Below, piece by piece: positions 62,184-64,000 of a DNA stretch of 64,000 nucleotides. The notes below the pieces were generated by a model. The model did not search any database. It was not told the DNA's origin and worked only from the letters and a program-made list of their open reading frames with translations. Made by a program: the position numbers and the translations under genes. The stretch covers positions 62,001 to 126,000 of the forward strand of contig MCFE01000102.1 of the NCBI GenBank assembly GCA_002104905.1, given 5' to 3'. Numbering within the stretch: position 1 is the first letter of the stretch; every line of letters starts with the position of its first letter. Source of the stretch: Basidiobolus meristosporus CBS 931.73. Lineage: Eukaryota; Fungi; Basidiobolomycota.

Positions 62184-64000
62184 TCAGGCTTGTTTTTTCG
62201 CACGCACTTTCTCGATCAAATATTTCACTCGTTGTTTGCACTCCTTCTTGGTCCGACCAACCACTGCTTCGGCAATCTTATCCCATCTTTCGCCTTCACC
62301 TTTCCAACTGGGTGGATAGGCCTGGAGAGCACCCTCAAGTTGCGCCTGCTCTTCAGGTGTCCACAATGCTGGATCGGACTTCGTTGTGGGCTTGGGCTCG
62401 ACTTCAGGTTTATCCTTTGCTTCGATAGGAGGCAAATCACTCTCGTATCTTTGCGAAGGCTCTTCGACAAGTCGCGAATCTTTCTGCTTCTTTTGATACT
62501 GTAGCTTCTTTACAGCTGTAGAATCCATAGCACTGGTGCCTGGAAAATCACAAAAAGGTCAGAGAGCTGGTGGGTTGTTTTACGGTCGCGGGAGTGTTAA
62601 CCTTGGCGAACTTCTTTTGATTTCTTGATAATTTCTTCATTTCTCCTGCGTGGGTGACCAGTATGCACAGAAATGTAGTCACTGATTGTTTCCCACCTAG
62701 CAACGGGTGTTACATCTCGCCTGTGAAAGGGGTTCAAAACGCCTAATGAAATACTACCGATTGATGGTTCCACCTGGGAATTTGTTGACTGCTTTAATCA
62801 GCAGCGAGATTTCATCAACTTCCCAAGGCCGTTCTTTACTATTTCTTGGCTTTGGAGCCGGGTGGGCATCTTGAGGGGTGGAGCTTGAGATCGACTTGAT
62901 TGTCTCGGGATCTGTCAAACTTCATTTAGAATCCATCAAAACCGAGAGCAAATCACTTGGGGATGCTTAAGACATACCGGATACTAAATGCACGAACGAT
63001 GTTCCAGATATGGCCCCTTGCTCCAGAACAGCTTTGGCCTAAGTGCCAATGCACATTAATCAGCTGCAGGAACACTTGGGTTTCGCTAAATGTACCTGGT
63101 TTTGTATGACTTTTGACATGTCTTCCGGAGTCTGTGATTTTTCCATGGCTCCTCTAAGTGTTTCAAGTTCCTCCAGGCTCAAGTTCTCGAAAAGTGTATC
63201 AAGTTCTGAGAGCATTATGTCAATTTTATCCACAGGAGGAGTCTGGCTTGAGGGGAACAAATAGTTGTGATCCTATGGCGTGACATAGTTAGCGGATGTT
63301 TGCAGCGACTAACTAAGATCGGTATAGCACCTTGATGATGTTCTTGATGACCTTTCGCTCGCGTCTGTTAGCTTTCTTTTTAGCTTCGCGTTCTCTTTTC
63401 TCCTCTTGTTGCTAGAAGGCTGGTTAAATCTTTTGCTAAGCTACATCCAAAACATTCTAGCCACAAACTCTGATTTTCTCTTCTTCTGCTTGTTGAAGTT
63501 GTTTTTGCTTCTCGGCCTCCTCTTTCTATGGTGCATTAAGCACACGCGTAAGCAGTCATGCCGATGTTCATTCAACGTGTTGGTCGTACCTTTTTAGCTT
63601 CTTCTTCAGCTTGTTTAGCCGCTTGCTCCCTTGCTATCCTTTTACTCTCCTTAGCTATCCTTTCTTCTTCCTTAAATTTGGTAATTCGTGGATCCAGTTT
63701 GAGTGCCTGATCTATGATGGGATACATTTTAACTCTTCTGCAAGAGAGTCGCACATTGGATGTTAATCACAAACCAACGAGCTTGCGAAGACGAGCAGTG
63801 TCTTCCTTCTTTCTTCTGGCCCTTTCGGCTTTGTTCTTTTTCTCGATGAATCGCTTGTCGTCACGACTGTCGAGTTTTCGATGTGTTATGGTTGGTGGTG
63901 GGGGGGGAGAAGATGAGCAACACTTACTTTTCAGCCGTTTCCGAATCTTCTTTATCGAGATACTCGAAAGTTCTCCAGGAGTCGAATTTATACCAAAAGT
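62184..64000 (-). CDS. ZUO1: Zuotin/DNAJC2 (ribosome-associated J protein), 3' part with two SANT/Myb domains; 5' end beyond the window
   Basis: [40 protein letters not shown]; charged region; SANT1 [21 protein letters not shown]; SANT2 [32 protein letters not shown]. Confidence 0.93.

Noticed and set aside
52722-64000. Functional cluster of zuotin with the Zn2Cys6 factor (by analogy with yeast Zuo1-Pdr1)
   Set aside because: Only proximity supports it; there is no evidence that the factor is Pdr1-like or co-regulated.

Overview
Eukaryotic, intron-containing fungal DNA, probably from an early-diverging (non-Dikarya) lineage. That assignment is an inference from a zuotin that retains two SANT domains and from the TE families present. 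The window has two sharply separated compartments. (1) Bases 1 to ~46,870 are a gene-free, CpG-erased nest of dead transposons. It holds Ty1/copia elements (one full-length with LTRs, PBS, PPT and TSD), Ty3/gypsy pol remnants and solo LTRs, and a CCC...GGG-terminated CACTA/CMC-type DNA transposon family carrying a divergent second gene. It also holds four copies of a 733-bp fold-back MITE with ANT target duplications. Most insertion boundaries resolve to the base through TSDs, giving up to four nesting layers. (2) Bases ~47,100 to 64,000 are CpG-rich and gene-dense: SWD2/WDR82, ARG2 (NAGS), a CsbD-like protein, a Zn2Cys6 factor with an apparent +1 frameshift, a multi-LIM protein with 21-aa repeats, a Gcn4/CpcA-like bZIP (uORFs, double AP-1 site upstream) and the 3' part of zuotin/DNAJC2. 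I found no rRNA, tRNA or CRISPR. All calls were made by eye; no database searches were run.
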